Shown: positions 61,001-64,000 of the stretch, one piece after another | How positions within the stretch are numbered: the first letter of the stretch is position 1 | Layout of the letters: the number at the start of each line of letters is the position of its first letter | NCBI GenBank assembly: GCA_977018835.1 | Contig: OZ361259.1 | Coordinates: 620,001-684,000 of the forward strand | Length of the DNA stretch: 64,000 bases | Source of the DNA: Minutocellus sp. GHC0000111 | Lineage: Eukaryota | Direction: 5' to 3' | Program-made: the position numbers and the translations under genes | The notes under the pieces: model-generated | Database searches by the model: none | Seen by the model: the letters and a program-made list of their open reading frames with translations, nothing else | Told to the model about the DNA's origin: nothing

Positions 61001-63095
61001 TGGTCTTGACGAGGACAGTATCGAACCGATCACAAAGGACATTATTCGAGCTGCTAATTTGACTTGCGACACATCTGTCAGGCAGGGAGATGGCCCGTAC
61101 TTCGAGCAAGTCCGTCACTTTTTGATGACTGAAAAAGATCAAGGCGCCAAGATTATACCCGTCACCAAGATCATTGACAATGTCAACTTGCCACCTTCTG
61201 CCAATCTCAACAATATCCTTCGACAACTGGCAAGCTCGGGCATTTTTCTTCATTTTGAAGGAGAGAACGTTGGCAAATTTATCGTTTTAGATCCAAAATG
61301 GCTCCTCTCCGCCGCAGCAACCGTCGCTCGTCGTCGAGAAATAACGCAGCATGATGACATTCCGTCTCATCTACCTATTGTCACAAGCGACGGCGCAAAC
61401 GAGCTTTGGAAGTCCATGTCATTTATTTCAAATGCCCTCGCCGATGGATCCGTTGCTATGACGCCGGACAGTTTCACAAGCTACATGAAAGAAATCCTTG
61501 TGGCGAAGCGCATATTTATTCCCTACGAGACAGACGACACCACAATTTACTTCATTCCAACTCTCTGCAACGACATGCCTGCGGATGATTCCTGGTCGTA
61601 CAAGACCCCCGAGAGCTGGCGGACCACGATGGCCTCGTCCTGGACCTTTGATTCTTCAGCTACTACTACCGTCATGAACGTCATATCATCAGCGCTTTTG
61701 TCCCACTTTTCTTCAGTTTTTGCCGAGGTGGAGGTCACTCAAGTCATGGCATGGCGATCCTCCTTCTTGGTTCACCTTTCGCCGCGCCATGCCGAGGCTG
61801 TCCAAAATGGCGACAAAGGATCGGTAACGATCTTTGGTCATCTTGCCTCGGAAAATGACTCTAATCTCTCTGTAGCCACGAGTTCTGCGGCACCTGGCAC
61901 ACGACGATTCGTCGTCTCTGCCAGGGGTCAGTCCGGAGGAGGTGGCCGCAACATTTGGGACGGAGGGTATCGATCAGTGCTTTCCACTCTCAACGCAGCT
62001 CTCTCTGAGCTCAGCGGCATTGACCAGTTGCAAGAGACGATCTGCCCCGACTGCCTTGCATCTCAACACCCTTCGAGAGCGGCAACATGGTCGAACGATT
62101 CTCTCCGTCGCATAATTGCAAGCAACGAGGCACATGTTCTCTGTAGCAATGGCCATCGCGTTGAGACAGCCTTACTCTGTGGTCTGGAACCCACTGACTC
62201 CCTTCGTGCTGCTACTGATGAAGACCGGATGCTCAACAGATCTGTCTCTTCGGTAAATTCTCACCTTGGCTCAGTTGTGTTGGTTGGTCTCTATGATGAA
62301 AGAAGGCATGCCGTGATGCGAGTTGGATCTGGCTTCGTCGCGGACGCAAAGAGAGGTCTTGTCGTGACGGCAGCTCACGTCGTCATAGACATCATGTCAG
62401 CGTCGTCTGGCCATCGTCGATCCTGCAAGGCTATTATTGGAGTACTTCCACGCTGCGACCCATCGGCCGCGGTCTACCGGTACTTTGCCGAACTGCTAGT
62501 GGAAGATTTTCGCACCATCGATGCTTGCGTACTGAGAATCACGACAAAGTTTGAGCAAGACGTCAGTGCCATCGAGGAGTGTGGCAGCCAGCCGGAAATT
62601 CCGGTCGCCAACAATATGGCGATGTTGAAGGCTGAATTGCAACCGCTCAAGATGACATCTGCAAGGGAGATAGGTGAGGACATCCGAATTCTAGGTTATA
62701 GTCAAAGCGGCGCTCTCCCTCGCGGTGGCCACATCAATCGCTCCCCAGACCTTAGCCGGGGATACATTGCCAGAATCTTTCGAGCTGATCATGTCAGTAC
62801 TAGTAGCTCCGTCGGGCAATTTGTCCCGCGCGAGGAGATTGTCTGTAGTTGTCGTGTCATAGAGGGGATGAGCGGAGGGCCTGCTATTAATAATAATGGC
62901 AAGGTCCTCGGATTGCTCAGCAGGTCGGATAAGGCCGATGGCGAGCGCTGTTACTTGGTACCGGCTTCAGAGTTGAGAAGTTTGGTGAAGAGAGCCAAAG
63001 CTATGTGTTCTCTCACCCCCCTTGAAATCTACTGGCGCATGAATAGCACCGCGAGCGGAGAATCTGTGTCCACCAGGAACGATTCATATATGTGA
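58039..63095 (+). CDS. Degenerate Roc-COR domain protein with C-terminal trypsin-like serine protease; intron 58654-58949
   Basis: AAG|GTGAGA...TGCAG|GCC phase-0 intron; LKLSIYDV, TYVIVYDL, LASSGIFLHF, FIVLDPKWL (Roc-COR-like); GSGFV, VTAAHVV, IDACVLRI, EGMSGGP (protease triad). Confidence 0.8.
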
Positions 63096-63322
63096 GCATT
63101 TGTGATAGGAAGTTAGTGCATATAGTATACATTTTGAGCAGCATTTATTCCTGCATTGAATATTAGACTCTGACTACTAGTAGCTAGTAGATAGCTCGGT
63201 TTGTTGTGATATTGAGGCTCCCTTTGAGCCTTTCTAATATTCATTATGCATTATGCTCGTGATACTTACCTCTAGGTACCATAACAAGGTAGTACAATTA
63301 TTCTCCTCACTGGCGCGAGCGC

Positions 63323-64000
63323 TCAATCTTTTGAATCTCTGCCTCTATCTCCTCTTCCGTGTCCCTGAGCGTAGAATCGTGCCTCCTTCAATTTGCGATA
63401 GGATGCATCGAATTCTCTCTGCTTCAAGTGGATTCGGCTTATTTTGAAGAGGATTATTGCAGATGCATGTCGCTCATCGGAATTCATCTGTCCATTGCTC
63501 TCCTCGACCGATACAGTTTGCCGTGTCAGACAGTCGTTGTATAGACGGATAGCCTCTTGATGGTCATTCATCCGCGCGTGGGCATCCGCGAGGCTATCAA
63601 GAGTAGTAAGGACTGTAGGGTGATACTTTCCCAGTAAAGCCTCTTGCAGCTCGAGCGCTTCCTTGAGCGCGGCCACTGAATTCAAGTGACGACCCTTGCG
63701 ATGGTATAAGTAGCCCAGATTGCAGAGAGTGGTGCTCATACCGAACTTGAGAGAAGCGTTATCAGCATCGAGACTAAGGGCATGTCGCTGAATCTGCAAA
63801 CTGGCTTCAAATGCCCCACAGGCTTCATTCAGCTGGTTGAGTTCGCAATTCACGCATCCAATGTTGTTGTAAACTCTTCCTACCTGTGGGTCCAATTCAC
63901 CGAGAGCACGGCGGCGAATGGAGAGTGCTTCTGTGAAGCTTTCGAGGGCTTGCTCAAATCGTTTCAACAAGAGGTTAGTGATTCCGACCTTAACGAGAGT
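63323..64000 (-). CDS. TPR-repeat protein (kinesin-light-chain/nephrocystin-3-like), 3' part; runs off the window
   Basis: ALESFTEALSIRRRALG, VYNNIGCV, TLCNLGYLY, EALELQEALLGKYHPTVLTTLDSLA. Confidence 0.85.
   Translation of the reverse strand, partial: TLVKVGITNLLLKRFEQALESFTEALSIRRRALGELDPQVGRVYNNIGCVNCELNQLNEACGAFEASLQIQRHALSLDADNASLKFGMSTTLCNLGYLYHRKGRHLNSVAALKEALELQEALLGKYHPTVLTTLDSLADAHARMNDHQEAIRLYNDCLTRQTVSVEESNGQMNSDERHASAIILFKISRIHLKQREFDASYRKLKEARFYAQGHGRGDRGRDSKD

Overview
Eukaryotic nuclear DNA, most likely a diatom. The evidence is a DUF6824 gene, bipartite plastid-targeting presequences, CoDi-type Copia elements and short GT-AG introns. Both ends carry ordinary genes: on the left Mpv17/PMP22, DUF6824, Tic22-like, class-3 lipase and RecQ4-like; on the right HAT/TPR, a Roc-COR-trypsin protein and a TPR protein. 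Several of these have single indels or stops. The middle (~8.7-57.7 kb) is a mosaic of broken transposons (DD39D mariner, PIF1/Helitron-like helicase, two Copia elements, LINE pieces, a MITE, a deleted Harbinger), AT-richer glycan-modifying genes and damaged host-gene copies. The strongest unexplained signal is a set of sharply bounded tracts almost devoid of TpA, in which conserved Tyr codons read as Cys or His (TA->TG, TA->CA, sometimes TA->CG). This looks like a TpA-targeted A:T->G:C hypermutation of repeats, opposite in direction to fungal RIP. TACGTA/CTAG-rich islands often border these tracts. All calls come from reading motifs by eye; no searches were run.
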